Assembly: GCA_016212665.1 (NCBI GenBank)
Contig: JACREZ010000032.1
Location: forward strand, 65,566-129,565
Direction: 5' to 3'
Source of the DNA: Ignavibacteriota bacterium
GTDB lineage: Bacteria; Bacteroidota; Ignavibacteria; UBA10030; SZUA-254
Length of the DNA stretch: 64,000 nucleotides
A model generated the notes under the pieces. It was not told the origin of the DNA. It saw only the letters and a list, made by a program, of their open reading frames with translations, and did no database searches. Below are positions 37,583 through 48,979 of this stretch, piece by piece (within the stretch, counting starts at the first letter, position 1; every line of letters begins with the position of its first letter). A program made the translations under genes and the position numbers.

Positions 37583-37630
37583 AATTGTTCCTTTTGTTTA
37601 AATGAGAGAGAAAGATAAATAGATGAGGAA

Positions 37631-38431
37631 TTAACTTTTGATACATTGACGAAGTTTACGTTCATTTATTGTTGGACTCTTCCAAATCATTTCCAACTTT
37701 GACCGTAGGAACGCATCAGGTTCGAGTAATGTTTTTTCGAAGAGGAATAACACCCGCTTTTTCACTGTTCTTATATCCAGATGTGAACCAAAACTTTTTA
37801 TACAATAATAAATAAGTTCTGAACATGATAACGAATGAAAATTCTCAAAATCAAACTTAAAGTCATATTCTTTGCCCAGACATCCTAACGCAATTCGTTT
37901 GACGATGGGAAAAACATCTTGGAACGGCACACTAACTCCCGACTTGAGTTTTGTTACAATGTCTATTTCTTCGTTTGAAAATTCCTTTTGAGGGACGAGC
38001 GGGAGAGTTATTCTTGCATCGGGTTTGATATAATCAGGGAATCTCATAATTGCCATATAATCACACCGGCAGAAATTCAAAACATCTTCTACGAATACGC
38101 CTTCAGCCATCGAATGGATAACCATTTGCTCTCCTGCCTGAAAGACCTGTTCCCCTTTTTCATTCGTTACATGTCGGGCGTCTTCAGGAAGAATCCTCCC
38201 CACATATAATCCCGCGTGACTAAAATAGCCGGGAATAAAATAACCATCGAGATAATTCTTAAATCCTCGAAGGAGGATATCGCCGGGTTTCACTAAATTG
38301 ATGACACACCTGATATCTTTTCCCTTGATAAGATAACCTCCGGGATCGTATAAAAGAAAAAGGGGCCATTTGAAAATTTTTATATCTCCAAATACAGTCA
38401 AAAATTTTTCAAATAATGTTTTTTTATTCAT
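37631..38431 (-). CDS. YiiX/DUF830-like permuted papain-fold hydrolase (tentative)
   Basis: Pattern GDILLRG....YFSHAGLYVG and a later Cys-containing segment. The assignment is tentative. Confidence 0.4.
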   Translation of the reverse strand: MNKKTLFEKFLTVFGDIKIFKWPLFLLYDPGGYLIKGKDIRCVINLVKPGDILLRGFKNYLDGYFIPGYFSHAGLYVGRILPEDARHVTNEKGEQVFQAGEQMVIHSMAEGVFVEDVLNFCRCDYMAIMRFPDYIKPDARITLPLVPQKEFSNEEIDIVTKLKSGVSVPFQDVFPIVKRIALGCLGKEYDFKFDFENFHSLSCSELIYYCIKSFGSHLDIRTVKKRVLFLFEKTLLEPDAFLRSKLEMIWKSPTINERKLRQCIKS

Positions 38432-38446
38432 CGTGGTTCCTTTTTC

Positions 38447-39859
38447 CTACGCTTGATCATGTACTATGTGCAACTCGTTTCGGATTGAATCCGGAAGTAA
38501 TGATGGATCAACCCAGCGTGTTCTTTCATCCAATGGACGGAGGAATGGATCATGCTTTGAAGAAACAACCTTAGCGTTCTCAATTGTGATCTCCCGACAA
38601 TCATGCAAATCAATTTCAAACTGACGTCGTACGTGTTCTGCAAATTCTTGATTATAGATAATGACATTACTCTCTGTATGATAAAACGTTGAACCAGATG
38701 CGATATTGTAAGAACCGACAGAAGCAACAACATCATCAATCACCAAATTCTTTGAATGAAACGCTCCCGGTTTCTGCCATTCAAACACTTTGACGCCATT
38801 TTGAATCAGGCGACGAAAATGATTGCTGCTTTCCCAGTACATCCATCCCATCAACCCGTTGAGCATCAATGTACGTGATGCTTTCCGGGAATTTGTGATG
38901 AGCCTGACTTCAACGCCCCGTTGTACTGCATCGGCAAGTGCTTCGGCAATAATCCGTGGCGGACGAATACCATGACATCCCCAAAAAATGTAATGCCGTG
39001 CAGCGCGAAACATCTGCAAATACGCATTCGTGATTGGCAATCGTTGTTCATCGTATGGTTTGTGAGAGATGTAACGTACACGATACGGACCAGTAGAATT
39101 CAACATCGGAAATAGCACCGTTGATTGTTTGTTGATGAATTCGGATTCCATGTTACGAACGTTCTCGTAGAGTTTTTCAAGTGACGTATCACACTTGTAC
39201 TTTCCTTGCGCCATGGCACGGTAAAGAAAAAAGTCTTTGATGAATCGTCGTTGAATATCTGACACGATTGGTCCGGCGAGGTAAACGTCTGTATCCCTCC
39301 ATGCTTTTACCTCGATTCCACCATACGCATATTTGTTTCCCCAGTTGATGCCACCGAGTATCGCTTCCCGCCCATCTATCACCATATACTTTTCATGAAA
39401 ATGTCTTCGAAGCTTTGTTTTTAGATTTTTTTTAAATTGAAGAAAAGGATGAGAAGATTTCAAATCCGGCATAAGGTTGCGAAACATGCTATGGTAACGG
39501 ATTGATTCTGCACCTCCTTTCACCATGGAACGGAGGATTCCACCGCTAAAGGTACTGTACATCACTCCATCATCGAAGATGAGTCGCGCATTAACAGATT
39601 CCTTTTCTTTTTTTACTATCATATCCCGAAGACGATAACTTGTTTCATCTCGCATCAGAGAAAAGGCAACGATGTGAATGGTATTTGTTGCATTCTCAAT
39701 AAGTTCCCATCTTTTTTGATATGATTCTACACCGCTCGGCAACAATGTAACAGCATTTCCTTCTCGAATAACAGTATGTGTCAACCTGTCTGTTTCTCTT
39801 TCGAACTCAGGACTGAGGATTGGATGACCTCTGCTGATATGCAATGCGATGTCGTACAT
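38447..39859 (-). CDS. phospholipase D / cardiolipin-synthase family protein (two HKD motifs)
   Basis: HKD motif 1 is HEKYMVIDG. HKD motif 2 is HSKNLVIDD. Confidence 0.8.
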   Translation of the reverse strand: MYDIALHISRGHPILSPEFERETDRLTHTVIREGNAVTLLPSGVESYQKRWELIENATNTIHIVAFSLMRDETSYRLRDMIVKKEKESVNARLIFDDGVMYSTFSGGILRSMVKGGAESIRYHSMFRNLMPDLKSSHPFLQFKKNLKTKLRRHFHEKYMVIDGREAILGGINWGNKYAYGGIEVKAWRDTDVYLAGPIVSDIQRRFIKDFFLYRAMAQGKYKCDTSLEKLYENVRNMESEFINKQSTVLFPMLNSTGPYRVRYISHKPYDEQRLPITNAYLQMFRAARHYIFWGCHGIRPPRIIAEALADAVQRGVEVRLITNSRKASRTLMLNGLMGWMYWESSNHFRRLIQNGVKVFEWQKPGAFHSKNLVIDDVVASVGSYNIASGSTFYHTESNVIIYNQEFAEHVRRQFEIDLHDCREITIENAKVVSSKHDPFLRPLDERTRWVDPSLLPDSIRNELHIVHDQA

Positions 39860-39861
39860 GG

Positions 39862-40632
39862 TTAAATAACACCCCGATTACTGAGTATAAGAAGATCTAA
39901 AAATACATTGAGAAGCCAATGCGCAAGAAACACGTACCAAAGTGAATTCACTCGAAGCGCTACAGCAGCAACTGCAATTCCCCACACAGGAGTCCCGACA
40001 AGTTCTGTCGCGGGTTTCGGGAGATGCCATGCGGTGTACGATAACATCTGAATAAGAATGGCATACCGACCGAATCGTTCTTTCAATCCGAACAGGAGAT
40101 ACCCGCGAAAGGTAAACTCGATAATAAAAAAGAACGAGGCATAGAGTAGTTCATACATAAGAAATACGTTCCATCGGAAATGTTGTTTGATCTGGTCCGT
40201 GTTCAATCCGCGATAGATGAGCGGATATTCTTTCCACATGTCCTGCTTCATCGATCCGAAGTAAAACAACGGAAGAGAAATTCCCACGATTACGAGAAAC
40301 GTCATCCAACCCCATCGCGTATCACCAATTCCTAAACCGTAATCAACGAAACGCCCATGGAACCTGAAGTGGATGAGAAGAAAAGGAATGAGAACTAACA
40401 AGAGTAAACCGATGCTGTAGGAAACAAGTTGAAGTTGAAATGCTCTATCGGCTTGATCGGGCATTAACCACTGGTTGAACAATGGTAACAGGATGGTATC
40501 GCCTTTCGGACCCCAAACCACCAACAGTAGAAAACTACTTAACAGAATAATCCCTTCTTTTGTTTTGAAATGTTTTAGAGTATCACCAATTATTTGAAAT
40601 ACTTTTTCCACATCAGGTTCTTGTGAAGTCAT
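39862..40632 (-). CDS. CPBP-family (CAAX/Rce1-like) intramembrane metalloprotease
   Basis: EExxxR-like motif IIEFTFRG, FxxxH (YTAWHL) and HxxxN (AHWLLN) on a polytopic membrane protein. Confidence 0.75.
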   Translation of the reverse strand: MTSQEPDVEKVFQIIGDTLKHFKTKEGIILLSSFLLLVVWGPKGDTILLPLFNQWLMPDQADRAFQLQLVSYSIGLLLLVLIPFLLIHFRFHGRFVDYGLGIGDTRWGWMTFLVIVGISLPLFYFGSMKQDMWKEYPLIYRGLNTDQIKQHFRWNVFLMYELLYASFFFIIEFTFRGYLLFGLKERFGRYAILIQMLSYTAWHLPKPATELVGTPVWGIAVAAVALRVNSLWYVFLAHWLLNVFLDLLILSNRGVI

Positions 40633-40667
40633 AATATTTATTCCTTTTTAGATTTACATTCTTCTCG

Positions 40668-41777
40668 TTACCAAATTCTTTTCCCTGCTAATTTATTTAT
40701 GAGCCAACGAATACTGTTAAGTAGGCGCATGAAAATCAAGCCGATTCTCCATGATAAATTTCTAGGAGGAAATAAATGAAAATCTATATAATCAACCGCA
40801 TTCACGTTTAGCACTCCACTGACAACGAGCGATTCTTCCGTGAAATTCTGAAGTTGAACGATTTCATCGGAGATGTTTTGCCAGTGAGGAATAATATCTG
40901 TAAACATTGTTGATTGATCACCGACAACTTCATACTCCGGATATTTTCCATCTCGCGCCCATTCAAGATACTTTCTGATGATATTCAATTTTGTCCCATG
41001 AATACCTGCCCTCTTGGTACACTCCAAGTCAGCACATACTGCATCAGAACTTCCAAACATCATTTTTAATTCTTTCGGATATTTTTGAGTTTTATACCCT
41101 TGATACCCATCGCTTGCGACGAACGCATCAATCAACCCGAAATGAATTGGAAAAGTCCAAACCGATGAAGCCGTTACATCAGGGACTTCCCGTTGCATGT
41201 GATATTGCTGATGTTTATCGCGGGCAGGAAAACATCCATACACATTCTTCACAGTAAGTGTCATGTAATCAGATTCGTGGCTTTTACATTTTGCAAATGA
41301 AATCCTGAAATCCGCGTCACGCCAGCTTTTCCCAACCGGATGTTTCCAAACCGTCTCTTTACCCTTCGCATCGCGCCACCGGTAGTTTGTGTCGACTGAT
41401 TCTTCCGTGAGATCAACAACCTCGTATCCATTATTACTGTAACCGCTCAACTTCGCAACCCGCTTTACGGTATGTCCATTGAGCCACAATGCCAGAACAT
41501 TTTGCGCTTCGACAACTTTGATATTTGTAAAACCTAATGAGCGAATATGTTGCATTAAACATTCCATCAACTCGACGTCAGTCGTTACAGTCCGGTATTC
41601 AGTTAAATTAGAGAATACCATCATATTGGGTTTAATAACAATCGAAAATGCCGACTTATCCGTTTTACCGGATTTTTCAAAAACACTTTGAAGCGTAGTA
41701 TCAAATTGACTTTTTTCAAGAACATCATTAAGCGCTTCAACTTTATGCTCTTTTCTTGCAACTGCTACTTTGACCAT
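40668..41777 (-). CDS. DUF362-domain protein
   Basis: N-terminus MVKVAVARKEH...VIKPNMM matches the DUF362 start pattern (kvaiv...KPNll). Confidence 0.45.
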   Translation of the reverse strand: MVKVAVARKEHKVEALNDVLEKSQFDTTLQSVFEKSGKTDKSAFSIVIKPNMMVFSNLTEYRTVTTDVELMECLMQHIRSLGFTNIKVVEAQNVLALWLNGHTVKRVAKLSGYSNNGYEVVDLTEESVDTNYRWRDAKGKETVWKHPVGKSWRDADFRISFAKCKSHESDYMTLTVKNVYGCFPARDKHQQYHMQREVPDVTASSVWTFPIHFGLIDAFVASDGYQGYKTQKYPKELKMMFGSSDAVCADLECTKRAGIHGTKLNIIRKYLEWARDGKYPEYEVVGDQSTMFTDIIPHWQNISDEIVQLQNFTEESLVVSGVLNVNAVDYIDFHLFPPRNLSWRIGLIFMRLLNSIRWLINKLAGKRIW

Positions 41778-41870
41778 GTTTATTCTCCTATTTTAATTTT
41801 GAAAAAAAAAGTAAACGTATTTTGCATTATCTTCATTCAAATGTTATCAACTTCAAACACAATCAGGTAA

Positions 41871-42416
41871 CTAAAATGGAAGACCGTATCGTACTCCTAG
41901 AAGAATACCTTTATACCCTGAACCGAAACTATATTGCCCGAACCAATTCCCGATTCCCGCGCCGAGTGAAAGAACCGGGCGGTAATCGTCGGAAGGAAGT
42001 TGAACAATTCCTCCTCCGAGGAACAACGAAAAATTCTCTCCTGTTATCAATTTCTTTGCATCTTCATACAGCCCTTTGTATCCTCTGTATAGTACGTTCA
42101 GCGTATCAAGTATTCGATTGTTCAACACATGAAGTGAATCCGACTTCCTCTCAAACGCATCACATTTCTCAATCACTTTTTCTTGTGCTGTGAGTTTCGT
42201 CGTCAATAACGTTATGGTTGCTTCGAGACTGTCAATAATAAAACCGAATGAATCGAGAGAATTCTTTTTCAAGAGAACATAGTCCGTACTATCCATTGTA
42301 ACGAGCCACATTCCCTGTTGTTGTTTACCCGGGTATTCTCTATTCCCCTTTTTTATAAGGATATCCTGAGCATGTATGGTGGTTGATAATAAAATGAACA
42401 AGAAGATGTACCGCAT
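41871..42416 (-). CDS. hypothetical secreted protein
   Basis: Signal peptide MRYIFLFILLSTTIHAQ. Last gene of a 4-gene minus-strand operon. Confidence 0.5.
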   Translation of the reverse strand: MRYIFLFILLSTTIHAQDILIKKGNREYPGKQQQGMWLVTMDSTDYVLLKKNSLDSFGFIIDSLEATITLLTTKLTAQEKVIEKCDAFERKSDSLHVLNNRILDTLNVLYRGYKGLYEDAKKLITGENFSLFLGGGIVQLPSDDYRPVLSLGAGIGNWFGQYSFGSGYKGILLGVRYGLPF

Positions 42417-42418
42417 AG

Positions 42419-42874
42419 TTATTCCTTTCCGTATTGTTCTAAAATTTTGATTGCATTATTAACTGACTCTTCCGGAGTCATATTCGAATATTTGTTTCTG
42501 ATTTCTTCCATCTTCTCTGCATACTCTTTTTCTGCTTGAGTTACCGCGTTAACCATGTGAACTCGTTCCGCATCTAATTCTGATTTTGCCTGTTGATAAT
42601 CCTGCTCAGCGAACTTTTTCTGCTCTAACAATTCCTGAAGATTCTTCTCTGTTTCTTTCAGTGCATCTTCACGCTCCTTGAGCTCTTCAAGAAGGCGTTT
42701 CCGTTTCCATGCTCGCCATCCTACATATCCACCAATGGAAGTGAGTGTGAGCAAAATAAATATCCCCTCCTTGCTCGTTACTTTGAAATCCTTAATAAAC
42801 CAAACGATTAACCCCAAACCGATGAGAATAAAGAAAAAATCAAATACTTCGAGAGAGCGCAACACAGAAATCAT
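42419..42874 (-). CDS. hypothetical membrane-anchored coiled-coil protein
   Basis: N-terminal TM segments followed by a charged coiled coil. Overlaps the upstream gene by 4 nt. Confidence 0.5.
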   Translation of the reverse strand: MISVLRSLEVFDFFFILIGLGLIVWFIKDFKVTSKEGIFILLTLTSIGGYVGWRAWKRKRLLEELKEREDALKETEKNLQELLEQKKFAEQDYQQAKSELDAERVHMVNAVTQAEKEYAEKMEEIRNKYSNMTPEESVNNAIKILEQYGKE

Positions 42875-43488
42875 TGTTGACCTCCTTTCACCGGTTCTAG
42901 TTTGTTGGTAACTGACTTTTCAATTCTGCTGATAATATCATGGAGTGGTTCGACACCGATTGACAACGCTATAGATGTCAGGGCAATTCGAACCCATTCA
43001 TGTTCTATCAGGTTCTTTAACATTCTACTGAAAATATCTGCAGAACCGTTCGGGAATTGTGTGCTTTGTGTAAATTGATAAAAGAACCTAAGAAAATCCA
43101 AATACCTCCAAAGCGAGGTAACTAAAAGGAACGAAATGAGAAGCGCCGCAATACGTGAACAAATTCTCACATAATTAAATCGAATCATTTCTGCACTAAT
43201 ACAATCGCGCCCGCCCGGATTTGATTTCTCAACCACGACTTTCCACAAAAGCCAATCAAGTATTTGTTTTGATTTTTCATTCACTCCATGTAATCCATAG
43301 AGTGCATCGAGCCGTATGCGATAACTCTCTGCAAGATCATTCCAAAATTTCTGAAAACCTTTCGATTGTAGTTCGATAAAAGAAATAAATGAAATCAATA
43401 CTTCAATAATTCTTTCAATGAAAATACTAATAATGAGATACAAGAATGCCAGGTACGTAACGGTAGTGACGACATCGGTATATTCCAT
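42871..43488 (-). CDS. hypothetical membrane protein
   Basis: Multi-TM protein whose first TM helix (LIISIFIERIIEVL) resembles the N-terminal TM of the upstream amidase protein (LSLSLFIERLMAVF). Confidence 0.5.
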   Translation of the reverse strand: MEYTDVVTTVTYLAFLYLIISIFIERIIEVLISFISFIELQSKGFQKFWNDLAESYRIRLDALYGLHGVNEKSKQILDWLLWKVVVEKSNPGGRDCISAEMIRFNYVRICSRIAALLISFLLVTSLWRYLDFLRFFYQFTQSTQFPNGSADIFSRMLKNLIEHEWVRIALTSIALSIGVEPLHDIISRIEKSVTNKLEPVKGGQQ

Positions 43489-43496
43489 AATTACTC

Positions 43497-44912
43497 CTAT
43501 GCAAAAGTTGTTTGAGTCTGGAAACGGAGCTTGAATGTTTCTAATGCTGTTTGAAATGATTGGTCATTCTTCCATCTCCCATGATAACTACGTACTTTGT
43601 TTTGAAATTCTTCGTATGGAAAATTACTTCCAGGACAAGATTTATTTGCTAAGGCTTTGTGTGGAAGTATTCCTACAGGATGCACGGCTGTTGCAACACG
43701 TTCAAACACGAGAGGAACTTGATACATCAGAGACCAGAGCGTAGTAATCTTCGCCATGCTCTCTATCTGCAACGGTGTTGGGTGAAGTATTCCCTTCGCA
43801 CCCTTCACGTTAGAAAATGGTACAGCAGGATTTGTTTCAAAGTTACCTTGTAACGCGATTCCCAGCGAACGTTGATTGTAACCCAGTGCATGATTTCCAA
43901 ACCTATCCCATCGGCACAGAATGTGAATCGTTCCATCTTTCATCACAACACAATGATACCCTGTAAGCCAATTTTTTCTGTCAAACTCTTTTACAAGTTC
44001 TGCAAACGATGCATCCGAGTGCATAGTTGTATGATGATACACGATGAGATCTATGTTCACTCCCTGTTGCCACTTGTGCGTATGTTCCAAGCGCCATGGC
44101 CTGTCTCCTCCATCATACGTAAATCCAACTATTTCTTCAACTGTTGAGGGTGTAACGACGCTGGTAGGTTGGAAGAAAACCGATGTCCCTTCTTTTTTCT
44201 CCTCCTTTGAAACGTTTGTTCTCTCCTCTTCTCTCTCGGATGACGGTTCTGTTTTTACTCTTGAAAGTACTATTTTCCGGTTGATAAGAAACTTAATTAA
44301 AAAGTTTACAGGTTTACTCCCCGCGCCAATAATAATTCCCGTAAATATATATTCAAAAATATTCTCTCCTGTAGGTCGTAGTGAAACGCTATTTGTGAAC
44401 TCTGCAACTGACCATTGCAGTAATCCCCAAACAGATATTTTCGAATAATAACAAACACCAACGGCAATGAAAGAGCCGACAAATTGTATCCAAAATTCCT
44501 TCGTCTTTTTAATCTTATTGACCGGCTCATCAGGTGTAAAATATTTTATATCAAACCGTGATTTCCCCTCCGGATAATCCGGATGAATCATGATTTCATC
44601 TTCATCTTTTGTAGAGAAATCTAATGTTTTGGTAAGAAGAGCTGCTTCTTTTTTCGCTTTCTCACTTGCGTTCTTTCTTTCATCTTTGTCAGATTGACGT
44701 TCAAAATGACTTGAGGTTTGGGCAATAAATAATTTTTCCATTATCCAACTAAAGACCGCCATCAATCGTTCAATAAATAAGGAGAGCGAAAGTAATATCC
44801 CCAGAGCCGTAAGCAGAGGAGTTAATGGAACATACGATGAATCTCCCTGTGAAACAGTCGTCGTATGTAGAGTATCAACTATTTGTTTGATAGTATCAAA
44901 AGAAGTTTCCAT
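43497..44912 (-). CDS. membrane-anchored N-acetylmuramoyl-L-alanine amidase (Amidase_2/PGRP domain) protein
   Basis: C-terminal Amidase_2 pattern IVYHHTTMHS...GYHCVVMKDGTIH...GNHALGYNQRSLGIALQGNF. N-terminal TM segments. Confidence 0.65.
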   Translation of the reverse strand: METSFDTIKQIVDTLHTTTVSQGDSSYVPLTPLLTALGILLSLSLFIERLMAVFSWIMEKLFIAQTSSHFERQSDKDERKNASEKAKKEAALLTKTLDFSTKDEDEIMIHPDYPEGKSRFDIKYFTPDEPVNKIKKTKEFWIQFVGSFIAVGVCYYSKISVWGLLQWSVAEFTNSVSLRPTGENIFEYIFTGIIIGAGSKPVNFLIKFLINRKIVLSRVKTEPSSEREEERTNVSKEEKKEGTSVFFQPTSVVTPSTVEEIVGFTYDGGDRPWRLEHTHKWQQGVNIDLIVYHHTTMHSDASFAELVKEFDRKNWLTGYHCVVMKDGTIHILCRWDRFGNHALGYNQRSLGIALQGNFETNPAVPFSNVKGAKGILHPTPLQIESMAKITTLWSLMYQVPLVFERVATAVHPVGILPHKALANKSCPGSNFPYEEFQNKVRSYHGRWKNDQSFQTALETFKLRFQTQTTFA

Positions 44913-44961
44913 AAGAACATTGCAATGAGTTAATAACTAATGAAATCAAAAAACGAACTTT

Positions 44962-45015
44962 GTTATCTCGTTCCCATGCTCCGTCTACGACCGTAGAGCG
45001 TGGGAACAAGATAAC
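44962..45015. repeat. nested palindromic element (15-bp outer stem + core TCTACGACCGTAGA), REP-like
   Basis: gttatctcgttccca ...tctacgaccgtaga... tgggaacaagataac. The outer arms are reverse complements with one mismatch. Confidence 0.7.
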
Positions 45016-45103
45016 TTCACATCAAAAAGAATTGTCAATAGCCAATTACGAATTATCAATTGTCAATTCACCATTCACCATTCACCATTTTCTTTCCACT
45101 ATT

Positions 45104-45721
45104 TTACTGCACTCTGCTCACCGCCGGTGAAACGGTTCCCTTCCCTTTATTATTCACCGCCTGCACACGGTAGAAATATCGAACACCCGGAGTTACATCA
45201 TCATCAATAATTGCAATAGTTGTAGATTCCGTCAGATACTCCCATTTATCGGGAGCAATTGCCTTCGGGTTTTCAGATACTCCCCGCTCCCACTTATAGA
45301 GTTCTGCATTATCGTCCGCTTCGACAAGACGGATTTTAAATCCGATTCCATCCGAATCATCTCTAATAGTGAGCAGAAGCGGCTTTGCCGGCTTTTCTAA
45401 TGAAACACGAGGTCGTTCCCACTGCAAACCATATTCAGTCCACTTTACTTTCTCAGCCGCATGGATTCCCCTGATTCGATTATCCGTTTCATCTGCTTTT
45501 GCGTTTATTTGAGCAGCAAGTTCACGCCCTTCTTGAACTGTTTGACGATAAAGTCGTTTATATTCGGCAGCTTGACTATCCTTTGCTTGCAAAGCATCCA
45601 TATCTGCTTGAAGAGATTCGAGCGTATCAGGCTGTCCATTCCATTTGTCCTGATTCGCTTCGATTCCTTTTTTCTGTTTTTCTCTTCTTTCGTATGCTAC
45701 TCGAAGATATTTTAATTCCAT
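45104..45721 (-). CDS. hypothetical protein with C-terminal fibronectin type-III-like domain
   Basis: 205 aa, GC-rich. The C-terminus ...VTPGVRYFYRVQAVNNKGKGTVSPAV is an FN3 signature. Confidence 0.55.
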   Translation of the reverse strand: MELKYLRVAYERREKQKKGIEANQDKWNGQPDTLESLQADMDALQAKDSQAAEYKRLYRQTVQEGRELAAQINAKADETDNRIRGIHAAEKVKWTEYGLQWERPRVSLEKPAKPLLLTIRDDSDGIGFKIRLVEADDNAELYKWERGVSENPKAIAPDKWEYLTESTTIAIIDDDVTPGVRYFYRVQAVNNKGKGTVSPAVSRVQ

Positions 45722-45825
45722 AGTTTCTCCTTTTTTATATAGTTGTCGTTTTTAGATTTATTTGAAGAATTATTAGAAAATATTTAGCAATTTTACATCT
45801 ATTATTCAAAATTTCACTACTATTT

Positions 45826-46077
45826 TTGGGAATTTCACTCGTGAAGTTCCCAACTTCACGCCTGATCTTGGGAACTTTACTCGTGAAGTTCCCAACTTTA
45901 CCACTGTTCTTGGGAACTTTACTTCTGAAGTTCCCAACTTTACCACTGTTCTTGGGAACTTTACTTCTGAAGTTCCCAACTTTACCACTGTTCTTGGGAA
46001 CTTTACTTCTGAAGTTCCCAACTTCATCGCTGTTTTAGGGAACTTTGCGCTTGAAGTTCCCTACATCATTCCTGTAT
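45826..46077. repeat. tandem array of six 42-bp units (plus a degenerate 7th), each containing the palindrome GGGAACTT-N8-AAGTTCCC
   Basis: Units begin at 45826, 45868, 45910, 45952, 45994 and 46036. Units 3-4 are identical and unit 2 differs from them by one base. Confidence 0.9.
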
Positions 46078-46370
46078 TTGATAACTTAACCACCGATTTT
46101 CCCTATTTCATTATTGGAGTGGGAAATTCCATAGCCGTTGTTTCTCACTGCGCTGTTCTTTTCAGAACGACATTTCTTATGTTTCCTTTTTACAGACAAC
46201 TCCGGTAAATATTTCATAAAAAAATGTTACTGTTTCCATGATTTGTTGGAAAACTGCAGGAAACTCAGGGAGAGTTTGAATACTCTTTCTGAAATATCTT
46301 TACAAAATAATTGGTGCGAAGTACAACATTTCATTGACTTTGTGAAGGTAGGAAAAAAAACAATACGGCG

Positions 46371-46396
46371 AATCACCCCTGAGGGTGATTTTTTCT
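46371..46396 (+). terminator. rho-independent terminator-like hairpin (AATCACCC-CTGA-GGGTGATT + T6)
   Basis: Perfect 8-bp stem followed by TTTTTT. Confidence 0.6.
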
Positions 46397-46774
46397 CACA
46401 ATGATAGAAAATTGTTAACTCTTTTTCATACTCCTTAGTGGGAATGACAATCTTGGGGCTCCTCGTTATTACAATTCGTCATACACACGTTGTGTTTATT
46501 TCAAGTATACTGTTACTCAAGTTGACCGTTAACAAACAATTGTCAATAATAACTCAACTTTGCCGCATGACCGTAAACAATCGCGCTCTATATGTCAAAA
46601 GGCTGTCCAAAAAGTCCAAACAATGGTAGGACAGACATTCCCCTCTGTCGAAATCAATTGATATTCAAAGACATGACAGGCACGTCACATGGTGATGCCG
46701 TTGGCAAATGCCTGTCCTACTTACTTTCTGGACAACCTCTCCCTGAAACAGTCCCACTTAGGGGCTTGTGAGAT

Positions 46775-46819
46775 GTAGCGTTATCATTTATGGTCTACGA
46801 CTCGTAGAGTAACGCTACA
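46775..46819. repeat. nested palindromic element (outer stem GTAGCGTTA/TAACGCTAC, core TCTACGACTCGTAGA)
   Basis: Same core palindrome as at 24866, 26910 and 44984. Confidence 0.7.
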
Positions 46820-46853
46820 GAAAAGCGGTCAACTTGAGTACTTTTAATACAAG

Positions 46854-46888
46854 AAAAAAGCCCTCAACCTTTCACAAGATTGAGGGCT
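46854..46888 (-). terminator. rho-independent terminator of groEL
   Basis: Minus-strand reading gives GCCCTCAA...TTGAGGGC followed by TTTTTT. A second small hairpin (cccgcc-tttg-gcggg) lies at 46926-46946. Confidence 0.7.
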
Positions 46889-46961
46889 TTCAAATATACT
46901 GAGTACTCAAATACTTTGTACTTTCACCCGCCTTTGGCGGGCAAGATACTCCTGTACTACC

Positions 46962-48907
<1,946 letters not shown>

Positions 48908-48979
48908 AGTTTCCTTTGTATAATTGATTATTGAAATATTGCTGAATTTTTAAAGATTTGACAAGAAAGCACTTAAAAC

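Noticed and set aside
45806-46038. Track ORFs 45806..46027 (-) and 45826..46038 (+) with repetitive translations (KLGTSEVKFPRTVV...).
   Set aside because: They are artefacts of translating the 42-bp tandem repeat on both strands.
45826-46077. Possible CRISPR array (regular 42-bp spacing of a palindromic repeat).
   Set aside because: The segments between the palindromes are identical from unit to unit rather than unique spacers, and no cas genes are nearby. It is a tandem minisatellite.
46138-46404. 88-aa ORF downstream of the tandem array.
   Set aside because: The frame reads through a perfect rho-independent terminator hairpin, so a non-coding RNA is more plausible.
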